A stretch of DNA of 64,000 nt from Hydrurus foetidus. Taxonomy: Eukaryota. Shown here in pieces: positions 43,434 through 52,100 of the stretch. The notes under the pieces were generated by a model. The model was not told the DNA's origin. It worked only from the letters and a program-made list of their open reading frames with translations, and did not search any database. The stretch's first letter is position 1. Each line of letters opens with the position of its first letter. The stretch spans positions 1 to 64,000 of the forward strand of contig UYFQ01000011.1 in the NCBI GenBank assembly GCA_900617105.1. Direction: 5' to 3'. Both the position numbers and the translations under genes were made by a program.

Positions 43434-44366
43434 ATGCACGACACCAACGACATGCTGTACTTCGCCGAAGTGGTGGAGCGGGGTGGTTTTGCCGCCGCCG
43501 GGCGCTACCTGGAGGTGCCCAAGTCCAAGCTCTCCCGCCGCGTGGCCGAGCTGGAAGCGCGCCTGGGCGTGCGCCTATTGCAGCGCACCACCCGCAAGCT
43601 CTCGCTGACCGAGGTGGGCGAGGTCTACCTGCGCCACTGCATCGCCATGCGCGATGCAGCCGAGGCTGCGGCCGAGGCGGTGGAACAGGTGCAGACGGAG
43701 CCGCGCGGCACCATTCGTGTGGCCTGCCCGGTGACGCTGGCGCAAACCACCGTGGGGCCCATCATGGCGCTGTTTCTGGCGCGCCACCCCCATGTAAAGG
43801 TGGACATGAAGGTCAGCAACCGCGTGGTGGACCTGGTGGAGGAGGGTGTCGACGTGGCATTGCGGGTACGCGGCACGCTGGACGACAGCGGCAGCCTGGT
43901 GGTGAAAAAGCTGGGCGAGACCAACACTTTTTTGGTGGCTAGCCCACGCCTGCTCACGCGCCAGGGCCGCCCCACGTCGCCCAAGGACCTGGTGGGCATG
44001 GACACCGTGTCCATGTCCAGCGTGGACGGCAAAGCGACCTTGGTACTCAAGGGGCCGAATGGTGAATTGCACACCCTGGTGCACCAGCCACGCTATGTGG
44101 CCGACGATCTGCTGACGCTGAAGTTTGCCGCGTTGCAGGGCACGGGCATGTGCTTTCTGCCGGACTACATGTGCCACGACGAGATCGAGAACGGCCGCCT
44201 GGAGCATGTGCTGCCGGGCTGGGCGCCACAGCGTGGCATCTTCCACGCCGTGTACCCTTCGCGCCGCGGCATGGTGCCCGCGGTGCGGCGGTTTCTGGAC
44301 TTTTTGGGCGACTACACCAACGGCGAGGGCATGCCCAATCTGCCGCCCGGTTGTCCCGCCGTGTGA
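43434..44366 (+). CDS. LysR family regulator (CrgA-like)
   Basis: KSKLSRRVAELEARLGVRLLQRTTR, VDLVEEGVDVALR. Confidence 0.93.
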   Translation: MHDTNDMLYFAEVVERGGFAAAGRYLEVPKSKLSRRVAELEARLGVRLLQRTTRKLSLTEVGEVYLRHCIAMRDAAEAAAEAVEQVQTEPRGTIRVACPVTLAQTTVGPIMALFLARHPHVKVDMKVSNRVVDLVEEGVDVALRVRGTLDDSGSLVVKKLGETNTFLVASPRLLTRQGRPTSPKDLVGMDTVSMSSVDGKATLVLKGPNGELHTLVHQPRYVADDLLTLKFAALQGTGMCFLPDYMCHDEIENGRLEHVLPGWAPQRGIFHAVYPSRRGMVPAVRRFLDFLGDYTNGEGMPNLPPGCPAV

Positions 44367-44370
44367 GCCG

Positions 44371-45663
44371 CTAGCGCAGGCGCAGCGGGTCTAGGCGGCG
44401 TTCGGGCCTTGGGGCGGGCTCAGCCGGGGCCAGGCTCCCGGGGCTGGTGACGGCGTCGGGGTCTACCCAGCCAAAGAACTTGCACACCTCGGCGCGCTGG
44501 GCCTGGGCATCGGCATAGCCCAGCGACATCAGCTCGGAGGTGTAGGCGCTCTCAAACAGCAGGTAGCTGGCCAGCGCGGCGCCCTTTACATCGGCCTTGG
44601 CCGACGACACGCCCACGCCGCCCAGCATGATGCGCACGGCGCGTGGCAGGTCGCCCACATGGCGCGCGGCCACCGCGTCCAGGCGCTGGCTAGGCGCAAT
44701 CACTAGCAGCTCTACAGGACGTAGCGCGCTGGCCTTGCGCGCATCGGCGGGCACCAGGTTGATGGTCTGGTTGATGCGGCGCACGCGTTCCACGTCCACC
44801 GCCAGCGCGTCCAGAAAGATGTTGGACAGCGCGTGGCCGGCAATCTGGGCGATCGTCGGGTAGCTACTGGTGGTGTGCAGGTGGGCTTCGTTTTTGGGCT
44901 CGTGCATGCGGCCAGCCCCCACCACCAGGATGCGTTCTGCTCCTAAATGGATAGCGGGCGACACGGGTGCGCTCTGCCGCATGGAGCCGTCGCCAAAGTA
45001 CTCGGCGTGGCCCTGGATGTGCAGCTCGGTAGCTGGAAACACAAACGGAATGGCCGACGACGCCAGCAGATGGGCGTGGGTGATCTTGCTGCGCACTGCC
45101 AGGCGTTGGCTGCGCACCCAGGGCATGAGGCGCTTGTCGCCTTCAAAAAAAGTGATGTGGTCGCCCGAGCTGTAGCTAGACGCGGTAACGGCAAAGGCCT
45201 GCAGGTGGCCGCGACGGATCAGGAGCGGCAGGCGCTCCAGCGGCACCATTTTTTTCAGCAACTCGCCCAGCGGTGCGTTGTCCAGCAACGAGCGGGGTTT
45301 GATACGCCGCCACTTGGCCAGCAGCCAGCCCACCGATAGCAGCGTGAGCCAGGTGGCGCCCGAGCGCAGCATGCTCAGGTGGTCGGAGCGGTACACCTGA
45401 TCGGCGTGGAAATTGCGCCAGGTGTGGGCAATCATGCGCACCGTGGCGTCGAAGTTGTCCGACCCGCAGGCCAGCGCTGCGGCGTTGATGGCGCCGGCCG
45501 AGGTGCCCGCGATGATGGGGAAGGGGTTGGGCTGATCGCCCGCGCCACAGGCCAGGCGGATGTCGGCAATGGCTTCGAGCACGCCCACTTGGTAGGCCGC
45601 GCGCGCGCCGCCCCCAGTCAGCAAAAGGCCGATGGCAGGCAGGGGGGGCGATGCTGGGTCCAT
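44371..45663 (-). CDS. Patatin-like phospholipase
   Basis: GGGARAAYQVG, GTSAG, ASSAIPFVF, FGDG. Confidence 0.9.
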   Translation of the reverse strand: MDPASPPLPAIGLLLTGGGARAAYQVGVLEAIADIRLACGAGDQPNPFPIIAGTSAGAINAAALACGSDNFDATVRMIAHTWRNFHADQVYRSDHLSMLRSGATWLTLLSVGWLLAKWRRIKPRSLLDNAPLGELLKKMVPLERLPLLIRRGHLQAFAVTASSYSSGDHITFFEGDKRLMPWVRSQRLAVRSKITHAHLLASSAIPFVFPATELHIQGHAEYFGDGSMRQSAPVSPAIHLGAERILVVGAGRMHEPKNEAHLHTTSSYPTIAQIAGHALSNIFLDALAVDVERVRRINQTINLVPADARKASALRPVELLVIAPSQRLDAVAARHVGDLPRAVRIMLGGVGVSSAKADVKGAALASYLLFESAYTSELMSLGYADAQAQRAEVCKFFGWVDPDAVTSPGSLAPAEPAPRPERRLDPLRLR

Positions 45664-45758
45664 AGGGCCATTATGAAAAGCCCCATGCACTTGTAAACAG
45701 TTAAATGCGCGGGGTAAACCCTAGCAGTTCGATAGACTCCGGGGATTCAGGAGTTTTC

Positions 45759-46850
45759 ATGTCCGTGACCGACCAAGCTATCCACGGCGCCTTGCAAGGC
45801 GTCATCGACCCCAACACCCAGCAAACCTTTGCCAGCGCCCGGGCCCTCAAGAACCTCACCGTGCAGGGCGGCGATGTGCGCCTGGACCTGGAGCTGGCCT
45901 ACCCCGCCAAGAGCCAGTGGCCCGCCATGGTGGAGGCGCTGAGCGCTGCCGCCAAAACAGTGCCCGGCGTCACCAGCGTGCAGATCACGCCCAGCACCAA
46001 GGTGCTGGCCCACGCCGTGCAGCGCGGTGTGCAGCTCTTGCCCGGGGTGAAAAACATTGTGGCCGTGGCCTCGGGCAAGGGCGGTGTGGGTAAGAGCACC
46101 ACTGCCGCCAACCTGGCCCTGGCCCTGGCCGCCGAGGGCGCCACCGTGGGCCTGCTGGACGCCGACATCTACGGCCCCAGCCAGCCCATGATGATGGGCA
46201 TCCAAGGCCGCCCCGAATCCGACGACGGCAAGACCATGGAGCCCATGCGCAACCACGGCGTGCAGGTCATGTCCATCGGCTTTCTGGTCGCGCAGGACGA
46301 AGCCATGATCTGGCGCGGCCCCATGGCCACCCAGGCGCTGGAGCAGCTGCTGCGCCAGACCAACTGGCAAGACCTGGACTACCTCATCGTTGACATGCCC
46401 CCCGGCACCGGCGATATCCAGCTCACGCTGAGCCAGCGCGTACCCATGACGGGTGCGGTGGTGGTGACCACGCCGCAAGACATTGCGCTGCTGGACGCCA
46501 AGAAGGGCATCAAGATGTTCGAGAAGGTGGGCGTGCCGATTCTGGGCATCGTGGAGAACATGGCGGTGCACGTCTGCACCAACTGCGGCCACGCGGAACA
46601 CATTTTTGGCGCCGACGGTGGCAAGAAGATGGCCGCCGACTACGGCATGGACTACCTGGGCGCCTTGCCCCTGGCCATGCATATTCGCGAGCAGGCCGAC
46701 AGCGGCCGCCCCACCGTGGTGGCCGACCCCGATGGCGAGGTGTCTGGCATGTACAAGGCCATGGCGCGCCAGGTGGCGGTGAAGATTGCGGCGCAAGCCA
46801 AGGACTTCTCCAGCAAGTTCCCCACCATCACGATCAGCAAAAACAGCTGA
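45759..46850 (+). CDS. apbC: Iron-sulfur cluster carrier ApbC/Mrp
   Basis: GKGGVGKST, DADIYGPS, WRGPM, DMPPGTGD, ENM...CTNC. Confidence 0.96.
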   Translation: MSVTDQAIHGALQGVIDPNTQQTFASARALKNLTVQGGDVRLDLELAYPAKSQWPAMVEALSAAAKTVPGVTSVQITPSTKVLAHAVQRGVQLLPGVKNIVAVASGKGGVGKSTTAANLALALAAEGATVGLLDADIYGPSQPMMMGIQGRPESDDGKTMEPMRNHGVQVMSIGFLVAQDEAMIWRGPMATQALEQLLRQTNWQDLDYLIVDMPPGTGDIQLTLSQRVPMTGAVVVTTPQDIALLDAKKGIKMFEKVGVPILGIVENMAVHVCTNCGHAEHIFGADGGKKMAADYGMDYLGALPLAMHIREQADSGRPTVVADPDGEVSGMYKAMARQVAVKIAAQAKDFSSKFPTITISKNS

Positions 46851-46860
46851 TCTATAAGTT

Positions 46861-46914
46861 AAATAGCCCGCTAGCACCCGTATCTATTGCGCCGGTAGCT
46901 ACCAAAAGCGTAGC
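46861..46914 (+). repeat. Dispersed repeat family A, copy 6 (contains nitroreductase stop codon)
   Basis: AAATAGCCCGCTAGCACCCGTATCTATTGCGCCGGTAGCTACCAAAAGCGTAGC. Confidence 0.78.
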
Positions 46915-47462
46915 GCCTTGGTGCAGTCCTTGCGGCCGTCACTGCGCGGTTCGCGGGTGGGGGTGCCCAGCACCACCCAGCCCACCAGGGTCTCGCCGGG
47001 CTCGCAAAACGCCTGGATCAGGTGCGGCGCGCGGGCCTTGTCGCCGCTGAGCATCTTGCCGGCAAAGCCCAGCGCGTGCGCTGCGTTCAACAAGTTGGTG
47101 ACCGCGCCGCCCACACACATCCACTGCTCGTGCGCGGGCACCACCGGGTGGCCCAAGTCAATGCGTGCCAGCACCCCCACGGTCACTGGGGCGCGCAGCG
47201 CGCGCTCACGCTCAATCGCCACACCCTCGGCATCTTTGCCCTTGTTCTGGGCGTGGGCTGCAAACAGATCGGCAAGGCGCTGCCGTGCCTCGCCTTGCAC
47301 CACCACCAGCCGAAATGGCACCAGCTCTGCGTGGTCCGGTGCGCGCAGTGCCGCCGCCACCATTTGCTGCAACTGGGCGGCGTCGGGGCCGGGCTCCGTC
47401 AGGTGTTTCACGCCCAGCGAATAGCGGTGGAGCAGGGTGGTCAGGGCAGCGGCTTGCGTCAT
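46899..47462 (-). CDS. Nitroreductase family protein (YdjA-like)
   Basis: RYS, AALRAPDHAELVPF, RAPV, AAHALGF; start ATG 47462. Confidence 0.85.
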   Translation of the reverse strand: MTQAAALTTLLHRYSLGVKHLTEPGPDAAQLQQMVAAALRAPDHAELVPFRLVVVQGEARQRLADLFAAHAQNKGKDAEGVAIERERALRAPVTVGVLARIDLGHPVVPAHEQWMCVGGAVTNLLNAAHALGFAGKMLSGDKARAPHLIQAFCEPGETLVGWVVLGTPTREPRSDGRKDCTKALRFW

Positions 47463-47526
47463 GGTGGGCAAGAATAGCAGGGCACCACGCATAATTGTTG
47501 CGCAGTCAACCGTGGGACGTAGTGAC

Positions 47527-48471
47527 ATGAACTTGCTGGCTTCCATGAAATACCTGGTGGCGCTCAACGAGCATCGCCACTTCGCGCGTGCGGCCGAGGC
47601 CTGCCACATCACGCAGCCCGCGCTGTCGAACGCCTTGCGCGCGCTGGAGGAAGAATTTAGCGTGGTCATCGTGCGCCGTGGGCGCACCTTTGCCGGGCTC
47701 ACGCCCGAGGGCGAGCAGGTGTTGGCCGCAGGGCAACGCATGCTGCATGAGCAGCACGTGCTGCAGCAGTCCCTCAAAAGCACGGTGGACAGCCCGGCCG
47801 GTGGCCTGGTCATCGGGGCGGTGCCCACGGCGGTGCCGATCGCAGCGCGCTTTGCGGCCATGCTGCAGGCGCGCCACCCGGCCCTCATGCCGGTGGTGCT
47901 GTCGCTCAGTTCCTCAGAGCTGGAGACCCGGCTGGACAACCTGTCAATCGACTTGGGCCTGGGCTACACCGACCGCATGGGCCTGGGCGGCGCCAAGCTG
48001 TTGGCGCTGCCGCAGTACGTTGAGCACTATTTTTTGCTGCGCCGTGCAGCCAAACCCCATGCATCGCAGTTGCAGTTTGGCCCGCAGTTGCGTTGGGCAG
48101 ACGCGGCCTTGCAGCCGTTGTGCTTGCTCACGCCCGATATGCACAACCGCACCATCGTCGATGCGGCGTTCACCACAGCGGGTACGCCTGTCAAACCCGT
48201 GATCGAAACCAACTCCATCCTCACCATGGCGCTGAGCGTGGTGGCGGGCAATGTGTGCAGCGTGATGCCCGGCGCACTGGTGGGCACCGTGCGTGGCTAT
48301 GCCGAACTGGAAGCCCTTGCACTGGTCGGCCCCGATGTACGCACACCGATTGGCTTCATGCTGCACGGCACTGCACAAGCCTCACGCGCACTGCAAGCCG
48401 CGATGGCTTTGGCGCAAGACGAAACTTGGCTGCGCCACGCAGCGGCCCACAGTGGCTTGCTGGCTGTTTGA
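47527..48471 (+). CDS. LysR family regulator upstream of formate cluster
   Basis: HFARAAEACHITQPALSNALRALEEE; start ATG 47527. Confidence 0.9.
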   Translation: MNLLASMKYLVALNEHRHFARAAEACHITQPALSNALRALEEEFSVVIVRRGRTFAGLTPEGEQVLAAGQRMLHEQHVLQQSLKSTVDSPAGGLVIGAVPTAVPIAARFAAMLQARHPALMPVVLSLSSSELETRLDNLSIDLGLGYTDRMGLGGAKLLALPQYVEHYFLLRRAAKPHASQLQFGPQLRWADAALQPLCLLTPDMHNRTIVDAAFTTAGTPVKPVIETNSILTMALSVVAGNVCSVMPGALVGTVRGYAELEALALVGPDVRTPIGFMLHGTAQASRALQAAMALAQDETWLRHAAAHSGLLAV

Positions 48472-48643
48472 TGCGGCTGCGCTTTTTATTTTGACGTTGC
48501 GTAATTGCTGCGGTGCCGCATTTAGTTTTTGAATGTCCACATGCGGAGAAAGAATTTGATGGCTTTGTGTTGGGCGTTGACACTCCATCGCCGGACAAAC
48601 CGCAAGCGTGCGGGGGCAAATCAAAAATCTACCGGAGACAAGC

Positions 48644-50272
48644 ATGACTGGAATTTTGGACAAAGAGCGGATCATCGCGGGGCCAGGCTTTAACCGCTGG
48701 CTGGTTCCCCCTGCCGCGTTGGCGATTCACCTGTGCATTGGCATGGCGTATGGCTTCTCGGTCTTTTGGCTGCCGCTCTCAAAAGCGTTGGGCATCAAAG
48801 ACGCTATCAAATGCGGCCCGGATGTGGGTTTTTTTGCTGAGCTGTTTACCAGCAGCTGTGACTGGAAAATCTCCACCCTCGGCTGGATGTACACCCTGTT
48901 TTTTGTGCTGCTGGGTTCGTCCGCAGCCACCTGGGGCGGCTGGTTGGAGCGTGCTGGCCCGCGCAAAGCGGGTGTGGTGTCAGCGGTGTGCTGGTGCGGC
49001 GGCATGTTGATTTCTGCCCTGGGTGTCTACCTGCACCAGTTTTGGCTGATGATTTTGGGCTCGGGTGTGATCGGTGGCATTGGCCTGGGTCTGGGCTACA
49101 TCTCGCCCGTCTCTACTCTTATCAAATGGTTCCCTGACCGCCGGGGCATGGCCACCGGCATGGCGATCATGGGTTTCGGCGGCGGCGCGATGATTGGCTC
49201 GCCCTTGGCCGCTGACCTGATGAAGTACTTTGCCAGCCCCACCAGCGTGGGCGTGGCGCAAACCTTTGTGGTGATGGCGCTGATTTACTTCGTGTTCATG
49301 ATGTTCGGTGCCTTTGGCTACCGCATCCCGGAGACAGGTTGGAAGCCCGCAGGCTGGACTCCACCCCCAGCCCAAGTCAACAACACCATGATCACCCAAC
49401 GCCATGTGCATGTCAGCAAGGTTTGGGGCATTCCGCAGTTTTGGTTGATCTGGATGGTGCTGTGCATGAACGTCAGCGCCGGTATCGGTGTGATCGGCAT
49501 GGCATCCCCCATGCTGCAAGAGGTGTTTGGTGGCTCGCTCATTGGTGTGGCCAAGAAGTTCGGAGAGCTGGACAAAACCCAACTGGCCGCCATTGCCAGT
49601 GTGGCCGCAGGCTTTACCGCGCTGCTGAGCTTGTTCAACATCGGCGGCCGCTTCTTCTGGGCCAGCCTGTCGGACAAGCTGGGTCGCAAGATCACTTACA
49701 TCGTGTTCTTCGTGTTGGGTGGCCTGATGTACTTCAGCGTGCCCGGTAGCGCTGCAGCCGGCAGCATCGTGCTGTTCGTGGGCGCTCTTTGCGTGATCTT
49801 GAGCATGTATGGCGGCGGCTTTGCCACGGTGCCGGCCTACCTGGCCGACATCTTTGGCACGCAAATGGTGGGCGCCATCCACGGCCGCCTGTTGACTGCC
49901 TGGGCGACTGCCGGCGTGTTGGGTCCGGTGGTAGTGAACTACATGCGCGAATACCAGCTTGGCCTGGGCATTCCGCGCGAACAGGTCTACAACCAGACTA
50001 TGTACATTCTGGTGGGCATGCTGGTGGTGGGCCTCATCTGCAATCTGCTGGTCAAGCCGCTGGATGCCAAATGGTTCATGACTGATTCAGAGCTGGCTGC
50101 CGAGAAGAAGCTGGCGCACGAACGTGCTGCAGCCTCCGAAGTAGGAATCAGCAGTGGCGGGCGCGATACCGTTCCAGTCGCCGTGGTGGCGTTTGCCTGG
50201 TTGGCTGCTGGCCTGCCTCTGGCTTGGGGCGTGTACCGCACCTTGCTGAGCGTGGCCAAGTTCTTTGCCTAA
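48644..50272 (+). CDS. OFA family MFS transporter (oxalate/formate antiporter-like)
   Basis: IGMAYGFSVF, KWFPDRRGMATG, GRFFWASLSD, YGGGFATVPAY. Confidence 0.88.
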   Translation: MTGILDKERIIAGPGFNRWLVPPAALAIHLCIGMAYGFSVFWLPLSKALGIKDAIKCGPDVGFFAELFTSSCDWKISTLGWMYTLFFVLLGSSAATWGGWLERAGPRKAGVVSAVCWCGGMLISALGVYLHQFWLMILGSGVIGGIGLGLGYISPVSTLIKWFPDRRGMATGMAIMGFGGGAMIGSPLAADLMKYFASPTSVGVAQTFVVMALIYFVFMMFGAFGYRIPETGWKPAGWTPPPAQVNNTMITQRHVHVSKVWGIPQFWLIWMVLCMNVSAGIGVIGMASPMLQEVFGGSLIGVAKKFGELDKTQLAAIASVAAGFTALLSLFNIGGRFFWASLSDKLGRKITYIVFFVLGGLMYFSVPGSAAAGSIVLFVGALCVILSMYGGGFATVPAYLADIFGTQMVGAIHGRLLTAWATAGVLGPVVVNYMREYQLGLGIPREQVYNQTMYILVGMLVVGLICNLLVKPLDAKWFMTDSELAAEKKLAHERAAASEVGISSGGRDTVPVAVVAFAWLAAGLPLAWGVYRTLLSVAKFFA

Positions 50273-50296
50273 ATTGTTAGATTTCACAGGAACGCC

Positions 50297-52099
50297 ATGA
50301 CTGCTCCCGTTCTCGCACCGCGTGTTCCCATCGTGGCACTTGCCACATTGGACGATATGCGCGACCGCATCCGCCGCAAAAGCAAACTCAAAGGCCGGCA
50401 GGCCGACGATGACGCGCTGGTCGACGTGCGGGCGTTGGTGGGCAAGGCGCCGCACCGGCGTGACCTGTTGATCGAACACCTGCACAAACTGAACGACGCC
50501 TACCGCTGCCTGCACGACCGGCATTTGGTGGCCCTGGCCAAGGAGATGAACATCCCCATGGCCGAGGTCTACGAGGTCGCCACGTTCTATCACCACTTTG
50601 AAGTGCTGAGGGGTGATGCAACACCTGCGCAACTGACCGTTCGGGTCTGCGATGGACTGAGTTGCGAAATGGCAGGCGCCCAGGACTTGCTGGCGCGGCT
50701 GCCCGCTTTGCTGGGCACTGCCGATGTGCGTGTGATTCCCGCGCCCTGCCTGGGCCGCTGTGAGCAGGCGCCGGTAGCCGTGGTGCACCAAAACCCGGTG
50801 CCCTTTGCCACTGCCGAGGCCGTGGTTTCATTGGTCAATGCGGCTGCAGCCCGCCACCCCTCTGCGCAAGCAGCTACAAAATTTATAGCGCACGAGTTTT
50901 CGGAAAAGCCCGTATCGCCGCCCCTGCACGCCGTGCAAGTGGCGCCAGCCTATGCCGGCTACGACACCTACCGCGCTCATGGTGGCTACGCCCTGGCAGC
51001 CGCGCTGGTCAATGGCGAGCGCGATTCCGAGAGCGTCATCCACGCCATGGAAAGCTCGGGCCTGCGTGGCCTGGGCGGTGCGGGTTTTCCGGCCGGGCGC
51101 AAGTGGCGCATCGTGCGCGACCAGCCAGCCCCCAAGCTGATGGCGGTAAACATCGACGAGGGCGAGCCGGGTACCTTCAAGGACCGCACGTATCTCGAGC
51201 GTGATCCGCACCGTTTTATCGAGGGCTTGCTGATTGCCGCCCAGGTGGTGGGCATCGAGACCTGCTACATCTACCTGCGCGACGAGTACCACGGCTGCCG
51301 CGCCATTCTGGAGGCTGAGTTGGCCCAATTGCGCGCCAACCCGCCATGCCCGCTGCCACACATCGAATTGCGCCGCGGTGCCGGCGCCTACATCTGTGGC
51401 GAAGAGTCCGCCATGATCGAGAGCATCGAAGGCAAGCGCGGCGAGCCGCGCATGCGCCCGCCCTACATCGCCCAGGTCGGCCTGTTTGGCCGCCCCACGC
51501 TGGAACACAACTTTGAGACCCTCTACTGGGTGCGCGACATTGTGGAAAAAGGCCCGGACTGGTTCAGCGGCTTTGGCCGCAACGGGCGCAAGGGCCTGCG
51601 CAGTTTCAGCGTCAGCGGTCGTGTGAAGTTCCCTGGCGTCAAGCTCGCACCAGCGGGCATTACTGCACAAGAGTTGATCGACGAATACTGTGGCGGCATG
51701 CAAGACGGCCACACGCTCTACGCCTACCTGCCGGGCGGCGCATCGGGCGGCATTTTTCCGGCCAGCCATGCCAATGTGCCGCTGGACTTTGACACGCTGC
51801 AGCCCCACGGTGGATTCATCGGTTCGGCTGCCGTCATCGTGCTGGGCCAGCATGACAAAGCCCGTGATGCGGCGCTGAACATGATGCGATTCTTTGCCCA
51901 CGAAAGCTGCGGCCAGTGCACCCCTTGCCGCGTCGGCACTGCCAAGGCCGCCAAGCTCATGGAAGCGCCCGTGTGGGACAACACCACACTGGAAGATTTG
52001 AACATCGTGATGACCGATGCCTCCATTTGCGGCCTGGGCCAGGCCGCGCCGAATCCGGTGCGTTGTGTACAGAAATACTTTGCCCACGAGGTGGCATGA
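50297..52099 (+). CDS. NAD-linked formate dehydrogenase beta subunit (NuoE-NuoF-like fusion)
   Basis: EVATFYHHF, CDGLSC, CLGRC, GLRGLGGAGFP, DEGEPG, YICGEES, ESCGQCTPCRVG. Confidence 0.92.
   Translation: MTAPVLAPRVPIVALATLDDMRDRIRRKSKLKGRQADDDALVDVRALVGKAPHRRDLLIEHLHKLNDAYRCLHDRHLVALAKEMNIPMAEVYEVATFYHHFEVLRGDATPAQLTVRVCDGLSCEMAGAQDLLARLPALLGTADVRVIPAPCLGRCEQAPVAVVHQNPVPFATAEAVVSLVNAAAARHPSAQAATKFIAHEFSEKPVSPPLHAVQVAPAYAGYDTYRAHGGYALAAALVNGERDSESVIHAMESSGLRGLGGAGFPAGRKWRIVRDQPAPKLMAVNIDEGEPGTFKDRTYLERDPHRFIEGLLIAAQVVGIETCYIYLRDEYHGCRAILEAELAQLRANPPCPLPHIELRRGAGAYICGEESAMIESIEGKRGEPRMRPPYIAQVGLFGRPTLEHNFETLYWVRDIVEKGPDWFSGFGRNGRKGLRSFSVSGRVKFPGVKLAPAGITAQELIDEYCGGMQDGHTLYAYLPGGASGGIFPASHANVPLDFDTLQPHGGFIGSAAVIVLGQHDKARDAALNMMRFFAHESCGQCTPCRVGTAKAAKLMEAPVWDNTTLEDLNIVMTDASICGLGQAAPNPVRCVQKYFAHEVA
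50836..50889 (+). repeat. Dispersed repeat family A, copy 7 (degenerate, in frame in NuoE/NuoF linker)
   Basis: GCAGCCCGCCACCCCTCTGCGCAAGCAGCTACAAAATTTATAGC, read as ARHPSAQAATKFIA. Confidence 0.6.
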
Positions 52100-52100
52100 C